Shown piece after piece: positions 9,184-19,105 of a stretch of 48,506 bases of DNA. The position numbers were made by a program, and so were the translations under genes. Under the pieces are notes generated by a model that saw nothing but the letters and a program-made list of their open reading frames with translations, was not told the DNA's origin and ran no database searches. Source of the DNA: Planctomycetota bacterium (GTDB taxonomy: Bacteria > Planctomycetota > UBA8108 > UBA1146); NCBI GenBank assembly GCA_050256555.1, contig JBBWWC010000142.1, forward strand, positions 1 through 48,506, in the 5' to 3' direction. Within the stretch, counting starts at the first letter, position 1. Each line of letters starts with the position of its first letter.

Positions 9184-10236
9184 GTGGCGTCCATCCAGGG
9201 CCCTGCGCTATTTCTGGCGCAATACATGGGAGATGAGGCTCCCTTCAATAACCTCGACACGATCACCGATTGGTGCCGTGATCTGGGATACATCGGAGTC
9301 CAGATCCCAACCTGGGATCCACGCTGTATCGACCTCGAAAAAGCTGCTTCTTCCGAGCAATACTGCCAGGACTGGAAGGGCCAACTGGAGGAAAAGGGGA
9401 TGTCGGTCACCGAACTCTCGACGCATCTCCAGGGTCAACTGGTCGCAGTCCACCCCGCCTATGATGTGATGTTCGATGGGTTTGCTGCCGATGAGGTCAA
9501 AGGAAACCCCACCGCTCGAACCGAATGGGCCATCCAGCAGGTTAAAAACTGCCTCAAGGCGAGCCAGCATCTGGGCCTCACCTCGATGGTAACTTTCAGT
9601 GGAGCTCTGGCGTGGCCTTACGTTTACCCCTGGCCGCAACGCCCTGACGGCCTCGTCGAAGAAGCCTTCTCGGAACTGGCCAAGCGCTGGAAACCCATCC
9701 TCGACTACGCCGACGAGTGTGGAGTCGACTGTTCTTACGAAATCCATCCCGGAGAAGATCTCCACGATGGCGCCTCATTCGAGAGGTTCGTCGAGGCCGT
9801 GGGTGGACACTCACGAGCTTGTATCAACTATGATCCAAGTCACTTCGAATTGATGGCGCTCGACTACATCGATTTCATCGACATCTACCACGAGCGAATC
9901 AAATCGTTTCATGTCAAGGATGCTGAACTGGTTCGCTCCGGTCGCACTGGCGTCTACGGCGGCTATCTCGACTGGAAAGATCGATCGGGTCGATTCCGTT
10001 CGCCTGGCGATGGAAACGTCGACTTTGCCGGAATCTTCACTGCTCTGACCCGACACGGGTTTGACGGCTGGGCAGTGGTCGAATGGGAGTGTCCTTACAA
10101 GGATGCATCAGTCGGCGCTGCAGAGGGTGCAGAATTCGTCTCAGAACACATCATCCAGGTCACCGATGCCTCCTTCGATGATTTCGCCGGCGGTAGTGAT
10201 CCGCAGCTGAATCGAAAGATCCTCGGACTGGGTTAG
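9184..10236 (+). CDS. Sugar phosphate isomerase/epimerase (xylose-isomerase-like TIM barrel)
   Basis: IQGPALFLAQYMGDEAPFNNLDTI N-terminus and EIHPGEDLHD / NYDPSHF metal-site-like motifs typical of this family. GTG 9184 has GGAGGTGA just upstream (3-nt spacer). Confidence 0.75.
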   Translation: MASIQGPALFLAQYMGDEAPFNNLDTITDWCRDLGYIGVQIPTWDPRCIDLEKAASSEQYCQDWKGQLEEKGMSVTELSTHLQGQLVAVHPAYDVMFDGFAADEVKGNPTARTEWAIQQVKNCLKASQHLGLTSMVTFSGALAWPYVYPWPQRPDGLVEEAFSELAKRWKPILDYADECGVDCSYEIHPGEDLHDGASFERFVEAVGGHSRACINYDPSHFELMALDYIDFIDIYHERIKSFHVKDAELVRSGRTGVYGGYLDWKDRSGRFRSPGDGNVDFAGIFTALTRHGFDGWAVVEWECPYKDASVGAAEGAEFVSEHIIQVTDASFDDFAGGSDPQLNRKILGLG

Positions 10237-10248
10237 GAAAGAGCTGTC

Positions 10249-11388
10249 ATGAGTCATCGTGTTCGTATCGCCATGGTCGGCGGCGGCCAGGGCGCCTTCA
10301 TCGGTGCAGTCCACCGCATCGCTTTGCGCATGGATGATGCTTTCGATCTGGTCGCCGGCTGCTTTGGCCGTGACCCAGAAAACACCCGGATCACGGGGGA
10401 ACAGCTCGGCATCGCTGCCGATCGTTGTTACCCCAGCTGGCAAGCTTTGATCGAGGGCGAAGCAAAGCTTCCGGAAGATCAGCGCATCGAGGCGGTCAGT
10501 ATCGTGACACCGAATCATGTCCATCACGGCCCTGCCAAGGCGGCGATGGAAGCTGGATTCCATGTAATCTGTGACAAACCGCTCTGCATATCGCAAGAAG
10601 AAGCGGATGATCTTGCGGCAACCGTTGAAAAGACCGGCCAGATCTTTGCTCTGACTCATAACTACTGTGCAGCTCCGATGGCCCGAGAGGCACGCGAGCG
10701 AGTCGCCCGTGGCGACCTCGGAACAATACGCAAAGTCTACGTCGAGTACCTGCAAGGTTGGCTCTCGGAAAAACTCGAGGAAACCGGACAGAAACAGGCG
10801 GACTGGCGCACCGACCCAAAACGATCCGGTCCAGTCGGAGCCCTCGGAGACATCGGAACTCATGCTCATCAATTGCTCGAGTTCGTGACCGGATCCAGGG
10901 TCACATCTCTCTACGCAATGCTCGACACCTTCGTCGAAGATCGAGTCCTCGATGATGACGACATGATCTTGCTGAAGATGGAAAACGGAGCCACCGGAAC
11001 TCTCTGCTCCAGTCAGGTCTGTTTTGGTCGCGAAAATGGCCTCCGATTACGCGTGTTCGGAACCAAGGGCGCCCTCGAATGGGATCAGGAACACCCGAAC
11101 GATCTCAAGGTGATCGGTGAAGATGGTGCCGTCACTACCATCCGGACAGCAACTGCGGCGGCGGGAGAAGCCTCTGCCGCACTGACCAGGACGCCAGCGG
11201 GACATCCAGAAGGATACCTCGAAGCCTTTGGCAACATATACAGCGCCTTCGCCCGTGCGGTACGTGGAGAGAAACAACCTGTAACCGCTGCATTCCCAAC
11301 CATAGAGGACGGTGTTCGAGGAGTTCGATTCATCGGTTCAGCTCTGCTTTCCAGTCATGAAAATCGCTGGGTCGATATCCCCGGATAG
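10249..11388 (+). CDS. Gfo/Idh/MocA family NAD(P)-dependent oxidoreductase
   Basis: N-terminal Rossmann [28 protein letters not shown] and the EKP-type motif VICDKPL. Sits 12 nt after the isomerase gene. Confidence 0.85.
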   Translation: MSHRVRIAMVGGGQGAFIGAVHRIALRMDDAFDLVAGCFGRDPENTRITGEQLGIAADRCYPSWQALIEGEAKLPEDQRIEAVSIVTPNHVHHGPAKAAMEAGFHVICDKPLCISQEEADDLAATVEKTGQIFALTHNYCAAPMAREARERVARGDLGTIRKVYVEYLQGWLSEKLEETGQKQADWRTDPKRSGPVGALGDIGTHAHQLLEFVTGSRVTSLYAMLDTFVEDRVLDDDDMILLKMENGATGTLCSSQVCFGRENGLRLRVFGTKGALEWDQEHPNDLKVIGEDGAVTTIRTATAAAGEASAALTRTPAGHPEGYLEAFGNIYSAFARAVRGEKQPVTAAFPTIEDGVRGVRFIGSALLSSHENRWVDIPG

Positions 11389-11398
11389 GAGATTCCTG

Positions 11399-12574
11399 AT
11401 GAGCGATCGTTATGCGCCAGCACCGGAGGATCGTTTCACCTTCGGTCTTTGGACCGTCGGAAATCCCGGTAAGGATCCGTTTGGACCGGCCGTAAGACCC
11501 ACTCAGGATCCCTGTGATCTGGTCCGCAAACTGGGCGAAATCGGCGCCTGGGGAGTCAACCTCCATGACAACGACCTGATTCCGTTTGACGCCAGTGCCG
11601 CCGAACGTGACACCATCGTCAGCAACTTCAAGGGCGCGTGTGAGGAAAGCAACATCGTGGTACCGATGGCCACCACGAACCTGTTCAGTCACCCCATCTT
11701 CAAAGATGGCGCCTTCACTGCCAACGATCCCAAGGTAAGAGCCTTCGCTTTACGCAAGACGATGGACGCCATCGATCTTGGAGTCGAACTCGGAGCAAAA
11801 GACTACGTCTTCTGGGGCGGCCGTGAAGGTACAGAAGTGGACGCATGTAGGGACCCGCGTACTGCGATCAAACGCATCCGTGACGGCATGAACTTCCTCT
11901 GTGAATACGTCAAAGACCAGGGCTACGATCTTCGTTTTGCGCTCGAAGCGAAACCCAATGAACCGCGTGGCGACATCTACTTCCCGACCACCGGCCACAT
12001 GCTGCACTTCATCGAAACCCTCGAGCATTCCGAGATGGTCGGAGTCAATCCGGAAGTGGCGCATGAAACGATGGCGGGGCTCTCCTTCGTCCACGGAGTC
12101 GGCCAAGCGATGGAGGCGGAAAAACTGTTCCATATCGATCTCAACAGTCAAAAGATCGGCCGCTATGATCAGGACTTCCGTTTCGGTGCAGAAGACCCAA
12201 AACAAGCCTTACTGCTCATCCGCCTGCTCGAAGGAACCGCTGGGGGCGAACGCTGGGAAGGTTCTCGGCATTTCGATGCCCATGCCTACCGGACGGAAGA
12301 TGTCGATGGCGTGTGGGACTTCGCTCGTGGCTGCATGCGAACTTACAAGATCCTCAAGGAACGAGCCCAAGCCTTCGATGAAGATGCAGAGGTTCGCGAG
12401 CTAATCGCAGAAATTGTCGACCCTGAGATTGATCCTTTACTGGCCAATTATTCACCTGAAAAAACCGTTGCACTTCGAAACTTATCTTTGAATCCAGATG
12501 GAATCGGAGCCCAGGGCCTCGGCTGGGAACGCCTCGATCAGCTATTAATTGAACACCTCCTGGGGGCCCGCTAA
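11399..12574 (+). CDS. xylA: Xylose isomerase, class I (short, actinobacterial/Thermus type)
   Basis: Motifs [41 protein letters not shown] and [18 protein letters not shown] 11399 has AGGAGA upstream. The track start 11312 overlaps the preceding gene. Confidence 0.9.
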   Translation: MSDRYAPAPEDRFTFGLWTVGNPGKDPFGPAVRPTQDPCDLVRKLGEIGAWGVNLHDNDLIPFDASAAERDTIVSNFKGACEESNIVVPMATTNLFSHPIFKDGAFTANDPKVRAFALRKTMDAIDLGVELGAKDYVFWGGREGTEVDACRDPRTAIKRIRDGMNFLCEYVKDQGYDLRFALEAKPNEPRGDIYFPTTGHMLHFIETLEHSEMVGVNPEVAHETMAGLSFVHGVGQAMEAEKLFHIDLNSQKIGRYDQDFRFGAEDPKQALLLIRLLEGTAGGERWEGSRHFDAHAYRTEDVDGVWDFARGCMRTYKILKERAQAFDEDAEVRELIAEIVDPEIDPLLANYSPEKTVALRNLSLNPDGIGAQGLGWERLDQLLIEHLLGAR

Positions 12575-12578
12575 AACA

Positions 12579-15566
12579 ATGAATAATCCAGCTCCTCCAA
12601 AAAGCAAAGAACTGCTCCAGATACCTGGCTACAAAACCCTCGCCCTCATCGGCGAAGGAGGATTCGGTGAAGTATATCATTGCCAGGAACTTGGAGGATT
12701 AAAACGAGATGTCGCCATCAAGGTAATCCGACTGGGCATGGGAACCAAAGAGGTTCTCGCTCGATTCGATGCTGAAATGCACGCTCTGGCAAAGATGGAT
12801 CACGAAAATGTCGCTCGCGTTCTCAACAGTGGATCCACTGACACAGAGCGACCATTTTTCGTCATGCATTACATTTCTGGGCTAACGCTGAACCAATGGA
12901 TCAAAACGCACCAACCGAATCTGAAGACACTTCTTGAAATATTTCAACAAGTCTGCGCTGGTGTTCAGCACGCCCACTCAAAGGGAATCCTTCACCGGGA
13001 TCTCAAACCTGAAAATATCATCATAGAGGTAGTTGAAAGCAAACCTATCGCAAGGGTTATCGACTTTGGACTGGCGAAAGCACTTACCAGTTCACTCACA
13101 GACAAAACCCTGGTAACCGGGAGCAGCTATGTACTGGGCACGTGGGACTACATCAGTCCCGAACAAGCGGAGAGCCACGGTGCCGAAGCTGATATCCGAA
13201 GCGACGTCTACTCTCTCGGAGGAATCCTCTACAAAATTCTAACCGGCGGGCCACCACATGAAGACCTTGGCTGTCAACATGAATCAGAAATTCTTCGCAG
13301 ACTCAAAGACGAAACACCAAAACGCCCGAGTAAAAGAATCCTGTGGGACAGCAAAAGAAATAGCACTTCTGAAACACATCTAGCAGCCAACGAACTCAGA
13401 CAAGAACTGGACTGGATCTGCCTTAAAGCGCTAGAACCAAATCCAGAGCGAAGGTACTCCAGTGTTCTGTCACTCCGTGAAGATATAAAAAGACATCAAA
13501 CACAAACAGAATTGGTGCAAGCCCGCCCCCCAAGCGTGGCATACCAAACAGTCAAATATTTCCGAAAACACAAAACCCTGCTCACAACGTCCATCTTGAT
13601 TTCCGTATCTCTGGCCATCGGATTAGGTTTGGCCCTCAACGAAAGAAATACTGCTACGAAAAATAAGCGAGAGGTTTTACAACTCGCTGCCATACAAAAC
13701 CTCGGTGATTTCTTCCTGAATGCAGAAAATTTATGGCCAGCTGAACCCGAATTAATTCCGAAACTCATGATCGCAATAAAAGAAGGCCAGGATCTGCTGA
13801 AGGAACTTCCTGAGCATCACAAGGTCCGTGCCGAACTTCGACTGCAGGCCACTCCTCACTTCCCTATATTGACTCCGGCCAGCAAAAAACCTACCGCACA
13901 AATATCAAAACTCGCCAAGGAACGGAACCATTTCGTCGCACAGGCCGAAAAACTGGCTCGCAGAATCAATCTATTGAGCAACAAAACATCGTATTCACCA
14001 CCGGATCTCGATTGGGAATCCTATCCTGACACACCTTTTGAATTGAACACCACCGCATGGCCGATGGTTTCTCCTGATCGCAAAGAATTTGGAAATGAAG
14101 AGGTCGGACTATCTCTGGCGCTACGCGCTCTCCCACTAGCCAAGGGCAGAGAACGGGCAGAGATATTGAACACCATATCATGGAGTTATCTATCGCTCGG
14201 CATGTTTCAAAATGCAGAAGAAGCCAGCACTAAGGCTCTCTTGGAAATCAAAACCATAAACAATCCCGATCAAATCTTCGCACTCGAAAACTCTCTCAAT
14301 AAAATTAAAAAAGAGATCGAATTTTGGTCCAATCCAGACTCCATACCGTTAGCAAAAGAAGAACTCTCTTCGGTTGTAGAGCAAGTCATCCAACTGAACT
14401 CCAAAATCCTTGACGTGACAGAATATGAATTCAAGAAAAAAGACAACGAAGCTCGTTGGTGGCATACTCAACTGCATAAACTGATTAGTAGGCTACAAAA
14501 ATTGGATCGCTTGTTACTTGCGCCCGACCAAACAAGTCTCCAATTTGGTTGGAGTCTCCCCAAACGCCTCTCCCACGCCCAGTCGATAAAAGCAAACTTC
14601 TCACCTGGAGGAATCTACCATCAGCTGTGGGAAACCCACCTACCTGCTATACGAGCAACATACCCTGCTATTGATTTACAAATCCAACCGGGTCTGATCC
14701 CCATCGCCAAGAATGCCCAAACTGGTCTCTGGGAATTCTGGCACATGGCTTCCGGAGAAAAACCTCTTCTCGATGATCAAGGGCAAGTCGTGATGAAAAA
14801 AAATACAGCCCTTATCATGGTCCTCCTGCCCGGGGGCGAGTTCTGGATGGGGAGCCAATCACAGGATCTCGATAAACCAAATTTTGACAAATACCAAAGT
14901 GACGGTGAATCTCCTGTCCATCAGGTCAAGCTCAGTCCCTTCTTTGTGTCAAAATTCGAAATGACTCAGATGCAATGGAAAGCCCTGACCGGCAGGGCAC
15001 CTTCCCATCAGAAAACATCTTCTGAGGATCCACATCCCGTCGAGTCCATCACCTGGAAGCATACCAAAACGGTCCTGACAAACGCTGGGCTAGCATTTCC
15101 CAGCGAAGCGCAATGGGAATATTCAGCCCGGGGAAATACTGAAGGCTCCTGGTGGACTGGAGAGACCCTTTCCGATTTTCAGGAATCGGCAACAGGCAAC
15201 ATAGGGGACCAATTCGGGTATCGCGGGGAAAATATTCCAGAGCTTCCAAACTACACCGACGGATGGACATTCCACTCTCCGGTAGGCTCCTTTCCGCCCA
15301 ATCCATTTGGCCTCTATGACATGATTGGAAATGTCTGCGAAATGTGTGAAGACGGGTTCGATTGGAACTATTACTCAACAAAACTTCTACCGGTTGATCC
15401 TGTCCAGCTGTCCGGAAAAGAAAAAGTAACCCGCGGAGGTAGCTATATTCATTCTGCGATCTCTGCTCGCAGTGCAAAAAGAAGTGGCTACATGCCCAAC
15501 GCTGGTAGCGATTTCATCGGAGTACGCCCTATCAAGACTATTAAGAAAACAAAACCCCAACGCTGA
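12579..15566 (+). CDS. Membrane Ser/Thr protein kinase with extracytoplasmic helical region and C-terminal FGE-sulfatase-fold (DUF323-like) domain
   Basis: Kinase motifs GEGGFGEVY, VAIKVI, HRDLKPENI, DFGLAK, SPEQ. TM helix LLTTSILISVSLAIGLGLAL. FGE-fold motifs LLPGGEFWMGS, PVHQVKLSPFFVSKFEMTQMQW, HPVESITW, FPSEAQWEYSARG, NPFGLYDMIGNVCEMCEDG, RGGSY. ATG 12579 lies just after the xylA stop. Confidence 0.9.
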   Translation: MNNPAPPKSKELLQIPGYKTLALIGEGGFGEVYHCQELGGLKRDVAIKVIRLGMGTKEVLARFDAEMHALAKMDHENVARVLNSGSTDTERPFFVMHYISGLTLNQWIKTHQPNLKTLLEIFQQVCAGVQHAHSKGILHRDLKPENIIIEVVESKPIARVIDFGLAKALTSSLTDKTLVTGSSYVLGTWDYISPEQAESHGAEADIRSDVYSLGGILYKILTGGPPHEDLGCQHESEILRRLKDETPKRPSKRILWDSKRNSTSETHLAANELRQELDWICLKALEPNPERRYSSVLSLREDIKRHQTQTELVQARPPSVAYQTVKYFRKHKTLLTTSILISVSLAIGLGLALNERNTATKNKREVLQLAAIQNLGDFFLNAENLWPAEPELIPKLMIAIKEGQDLLKELPEHHKVRAELRLQATPHFPILTPASKKPTAQISKLAKERNHFVAQAEKLARRINLLSNKTSYSPPDLDWESYPDTPFELNTTAWPMVSPDRKEFGNEEVGLSLALRALPLAKGRERAEILNTISWSYLSLGMFQNAEEASTKALLEIKTINNPDQIFALENSLNKIKKEIEFWSNPDSIPLAKEELSSVVEQVIQLNSKILDVTEYEFKKKDNEARWWHTQLHKLISRLQKLDRLLLAPDQTSLQFGWSLPKRLSHAQSIKANFSPGGIYHQLWETHLPAIRATYPAIDLQIQPGLIPIAKNAQTGLWEFWHMASGEKPLLDDQGQVVMKKNTALIMVLLPGGEFWMGSQSQDLDKPNFDKYQSDGESPVHQVKLSPFFVSKFEMTQMQWKALTGRAPSHQKTSSEDPHPVESITWKHTKTVLTNAGLAFPSEAQWEYSARGNTEGSWWTGETLSDFQESATGNIGDQFGYRGENIPELPNYTDGWTFHSPVGSFPPNPFGLYDMIGNVCEMCEDGFDWNYYSTKLLPVDPVQLSGKEKVTRGGSYIHSAISARSAKRSGYMPNAGSDFIGVRPIKTIKKTKPQR

Positions 15567-15590
15567 CGTCTCACGGAAAGGAGAACCTCG

Positions 15591-16781
15591 GTGTTCTCCA
15601 TTTGCACTGCATTACTAGTGGTCATGACGTCCACGAACCCGGCCAGCAACAATGATCCCGCAGCCGACCTGCGCCAAGGCCTCTATCAGAGTGAAGAGGT
15701 GGGACAAAAGCAGCTAGCAGAATATGCCACAACCTTCGACAACGCTGAGCAATGGAAACAACGTGCCGCTAATATCCGTAAGCAGATCTTACGTGGTGCA
15801 GGCCTCGATCCGTTGCCTGTGAGACCAGCCATCGACCCCATTATTCATGACCGTCGCGTTTACGATGGCTACAGCGTCGAGTCGATCGCCATCGAAACGG
15901 TGCCTGGCTTCTTCTTGACCGGCACGATCTACCGGCCCATCGAAGGCGAAGGGCCATTTCCTGGCATTCTTTCTCCGCATGGTCATAGCCGTGGCGTCGA
16001 CGGCGGGCGGAAACGCAATCAGAATCAGATTCGCAGTGCGGTACTGGCGCGTATGGGTGCGGTAGTGATCGGCTACGACATGGTCGGCTTCGGCGACTCA
16101 CTACTGGCCGGTTGGAAGCATGAACATCCAAAACTGTTGCCTCTACAGACTTTTAATAGCATCCGCATGCTCGACTATCTGGTCTCCCGAACCGATGTCG
16201 ATGCAGAGCAGATCGCCATCACAGGATCATCTGGCGGTGGAACTCAATCGTTTCTGCTAGCAGCGATTGATCAACGAGTGAAAGTTTCGGTTCCGGTAGT
16301 AATGGTCTCGGCCCACTTCTTTGGTGGTTGCGATTGTGAAAGTGGCCATCCGATTCATGTCAGCGACCATCATGACACCAACAATGCCGAGATCGCCGCA
16401 CTGGCAGCACCGAGACCGATGATGCTGATCTCCTGTGGCGATGACTGGACCAAGAACACTGACAAGGTCGAGTTCCCCTATGCCCAGCGAATCTATCGAC
16501 TGCTCGGGGTCGAAGGGAATGTCGAAAACCTGCATCTGGCCGCCGAAGAACATGACTACGGCGCATCAAAACGACAAGGAGCCTACGCTTTCCTGGCCAA
16601 ACATCTCGGAATCGATACCAAAGGCCACAAGAACAAAGCCGGTTCTTTCGATGAGAGTTTCGTCACTCTGGAAAGCTGGCAACGAATGAGAGTCTTCGAC
16701 GAAAATCGACCATGGCCGGCAAATGCAATGGCTCCCAATTCCGACTTCACGTTCCCACGTGCAAAGAGTCGCAGCAACTAA
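15591..16781 (+). CDS. Secreted alpha/beta hydrolase (acetyl-xylan-esterase / dienelactone-hydrolase-like)
   Basis: Nucleophile elbow ITGSSGGG; hydrophobic N-terminus MFSICTALLVVMTS; AAAGGAGAA SD 5 nt before GTG 15591. Confidence 0.65.
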   Translation: MFSICTALLVVMTSTNPASNNDPAADLRQGLYQSEEVGQKQLAEYATTFDNAEQWKQRAANIRKQILRGAGLDPLPVRPAIDPIIHDRRVYDGYSVESIAIETVPGFFLTGTIYRPIEGEGPFPGILSPHGHSRGVDGGRKRNQNQIRSAVLARMGAVVIGYDMVGFGDSLLAGWKHEHPKLLPLQTFNSIRMLDYLVSRTDVDAEQIAITGSSGGGTQSFLLAAIDQRVKVSVPVVMVSAHFFGGCDCESGHPIHVSDHHDTNNAEIAALAAPRPMMLISCGDDWTKNTDKVEFPYAQRIYRLLGVEGNVENLHLAAEEHDYGASKRQGAYAFLAKHLGIDTKGHKNKAGSFDESFVTLESWQRMRVFDENRPWPANAMAPNSDFTFPRAKSRSN

Positions 16782-16799
16782 TCGAAAATCGAGCTCGAT

Positions 16800-17303
16800 T
16801 CAGGAACCCGGAGTCGGTTCGATACCCTCGACATGAGCCGCACCTGAGGCAACCCGCACCTGGGTGGATGAGCCGACAATCTTCTTGATCTCTTCATCAC
16901 TTTTCCCGGCATCGCTGGCGTAATGGCGCCGCTCGGCCTCACTGATGGTCTCGACAATCAAAGTTCCCTCGACCATGACCGGCTGACCGACCGCAGCCAT
17001 CGGGATCAAACGCTCGCCATCGATGGGGCAGGTAAATTTGACGAAAACTCCATTCTTGTCATCGCTACCGGTGGGAGCCATCCGCAACCAACAGCCCTTC
17101 TTCAGGCACACATCAACCACCTCGCCGCGAATCTCTATCGATCTTCCGGTGAACTGCTCGGGGTCATCGAGTACCCGCGCCAGCTCTACCTGTTCCAGAT
17201 TCACATCGGTGATCGGTGTCCCAAAAGTAGTGGCACGGGGAACAACAACACAACTGGTCAACATGACCAAGAGTGGTAATAGTGCGAGAATGGAGCGAGA
17301 CAT
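16800..17303 (-). CDS. Lipoprotein, DUF4920-like
   Basis: ATG 17303 is preceded by AGGAGA. Lipobox LLVMLTSC. The CLKKGCW motif recalls DUF4920. The track start 17339 is an upstream extension. Confidence 0.55.
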   Translation of the reverse strand: MSRSILALLPLLVMLTSCVVVPRATTFGTPITDVNLEQVELARVLDDPEQFTGRSIEIRGEVVDVCLKKGCWLRMAPTGSDDKNGVFVKFTCPIDGERLIPMAAVGQPVMVEGTLIVETISEAERRHYASDAGKSDEEIKKIVGSSTQVRVASGAAHVEGIEPTPGS

Positions 17304-17412
17304 CAGAAATCTCCTATCAGCGAAAACATCGTTCTTCACAAAATCCAGGACTACATCATGATTATGTAAAAAAAGACGCCACCTTCAAGTCGATCCATCG
17401 AAAGGCACCCGA

Positions 17413-18114
17413 TCATGCGGCTTTTGCAGGCTTCAATCTTGCTGGAATTTGATTCAGCAATCTTTCAAGACCAGGTCCTTCTCTTTGCACTGAGATCGAA
17501 TCTGGGCTCAGTTCAAAGATGGGGTAAGAGCCGAGCCCTGCTTGTGCCATTTCACATGTAACGATCAAACCAACATTACGCTGCCTGGCGAATTCCACCG
17601 CCCGGACTCGGTCAGTGATGGAACCGAGTGGATCACCGCTTAAATTTGCACTGGTGCATAGCAGCGAGCTAACGTTACGACCACCCCACAGTTCAGGATC
17701 AGTCGAATCAGAAAGTACAACCTCTGCCTGACGGAACAGATCCCTGTGGATCCCTTCCAGAATCAAACTTTGATGAGTCCCTCCGCGAATCACGGGAGAA
17801 TTGAAATCAGAAGCAGTAAATGCAGTACGAACAAAGGCTCCGCGCAATCGTTCAAGCCTGCTGGCGGAACTAAAGAACGTTGGTAATGCGCCCTCGAGTG
17901 CCTGACCGAGAAAACTCTCGCCATCGCCCATCACGGTACCGTAGTTTTTTCCAGAGAGTCGATCCTTGAGTTGATTGAGCTGTTCAACCCCCGACTGATT
18001 TGGAGCTGCTACCAGCGTGTAAACGGTGGGAAGCTGCAGAAGAACAGCTTCTCTCTTGACGCGATCGAGAATGATGTCGAAGGCCCCGTCATCTTGAATA
18101 TCAATGATTTGCAT
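17413..18114 (-). CDS. Divergent Sua5/YciO/YrdC-fold protein
   Basis: LPTVYTLVAAP (compare PTDTVYGL), LKDRLSGKNYGTV (compare KxRxxxKP), LLCTSANLSGDP (the SANxSG motif) and C-terminal YPIFEL...VQREGPG. ATG 18114 overlaps the upstream stop as TAATG. The 112-aa R/G/C-rich track extension overlaps the upstream gene. Confidence 0.6.
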   Translation of the reverse strand: MQIIDIQDDGAFDIILDRVKREAVLLQLPTVYTLVAAPNQSGVEQLNQLKDRLSGKNYGTVMGDGESFLGQALEGALPTFFSSASRLERLRGAFVRTAFTASDFNSPVIRGGTHQSLILEGIHRDLFRQAEVVLSDSTDPELWGGRNVSSLLCTSANLSGDPLGSITDRVRAVEFARQRNVGLIVTCEMAQAGLGSYPIFELSPDSISVQREGPGLERLLNQIPARLKPAKAA

Positions 18115-18947
18115 TACTGACCTCCTTCGTTCCCGATTGCATAATCTTTCTGCAAAAGACTTCCGCCACCAGGAATCGTCACATCCAGATTCAACTTGTC
18201 GAGAACCGACCGCATCGTTGCCGTTGCAGCTGACAAGACCGGCAATCCACATTCTTTTTCGACCAGTGGAATTGCTTCCAGTGATGGCATCTGGACACAG
18301 GCTGACAGGACCAACGCATCGGCTCGACTGAGATCTAACTTCCTGGCAATCGAAACCAGTTCCATCGGATCCCTGCGCCCGACTTCCAGGTTGTCGGCAA
18401 TCTCCAGAGAAATAGAATCGACAACCTCTATGCCAGCCTCTTCCAGGCAATCAATCACCAGCTGCGTCAAGGGCTTCATGTAAGGCGTCACAAGAGCCAC
18501 TCTCGAGGCTCCGAGCTTCTTGATACCATCGATCAATGCACTGGCACTGGTGACCATTTCTGCGGTGGGATTTCCTTTTCGGATAAGTCCTGTGAGTTTT
18601 TTCCCGAGACTCTCTGCATGATTCGGTCCCTGACTCATGACGGCCACCAGGCAGGCATAAGCGGCTACATCGACAGCCGCATCGGAGAGTTCTTCAGTAC
18701 ATCGATCGGCCTGCGCATTCATGGCCAGAAGCTCTTCTGGACTGACCTTCTTCATGCGCATCCGTGAAGAGTGAAAAGTGAAACGATATGATTGTTTTTC
18801 CTCGATACGATTCAACATCTCGGGGAGTTCTGTCTCCATGATCGTGTTTGAACTGGGGACAACGAGACCAATCCGATGGTGAGCCGTCGGGCTCCTCTTG
18901 AGCAGCTTGCGATTGAGACCTGGTTGGACATATTTCATATTGGTCAT
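18114..18947 (-). CDS. Asp/Glu-racemase superfamily protein (maleate cis-trans isomerase / arylmalonate decarboxylase-like)
   Basis: IGLVVPSSNTIMETELPEM N-terminal motif. Two candidate catalytic Cys contexts, YACLVAVMS and LSACVQMPS. Confidence 0.65.
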   Translation of the reverse strand: MTNMKYVQPGLNRKLLKRSPTAHHRIGLVVPSSNTIMETELPEMLNRIEEKQSYRFTFHSSRMRMKKVSPEELLAMNAQADRCTEELSDAAVDVAAYACLVAVMSQGPNHAESLGKKLTGLIRKGNPTAEMVTSASALIDGIKKLGASRVALVTPYMKPLTQLVIDCLEEAGIEVVDSISLEIADNLEVGRRDPMELVSIARKLDLSRADALVLSACVQMPSLEAIPLVEKECGLPVLSAATATMRSVLDKLNLDVTIPGGGSLLQKDYAIGNEGGQ

Positions 18948-19105
18948 ATCAGGCCTCCCAACTCAATCATCGAAGATTCTCTTCCTTGCCCTTATTTCTT
19001 GAAATCCGGATCCGAATCCGAATTGGACCGCTGGATTCCAGTTGCCTACATTTGGCCGTTGAGAGCCTCCTGGACCCGAGATAGGGTGGCATCCAGGAGG
19101 CACCG

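Noticed and set aside
10141-10872. 243-aa minus-strand ORF
   Set aside because: It is antisense to the Gfo/Idh/MocA gene and the end of the isomerase gene, with no motifs or SD.
14796-14803. A8 homopolymers (also 22975-22982) as phase-variation switches
   Set aside because: Eight-A tracts encoding Lys-Lys are short for slipped-strand switching, and I have no population data. They are probably just AT-rich coding sequence.
14815-15566. Possible diversity-generating retroelement target, since FGE/C-type-lectin folds are common DGR variable proteins
   Set aside because: There is no reverse transcriptase gene and no second (template) copy of the 3' end that I could find in the window. There is also no Asn/AAY-rich variable-region signature in the C-terminus.
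12579-15566. Calling the AT-rich kinase gene a mobile element or genomic island
   Set aside because: I could see no integrase, transposase, tRNA or flanking direct or inverted repeats. The composition shift alone is insufficient, so it is reported only as an observation.
18115-18450. 112-aa N-terminal extension of the YrdC-like ORF in the track
   Set aside because: It overlaps the 3' part of the upstream isomerase-like gene in another frame and is R/G/C/S-rich. The internal ATG 18114 forms a TAATG coupling junction and begins the conserved fold.
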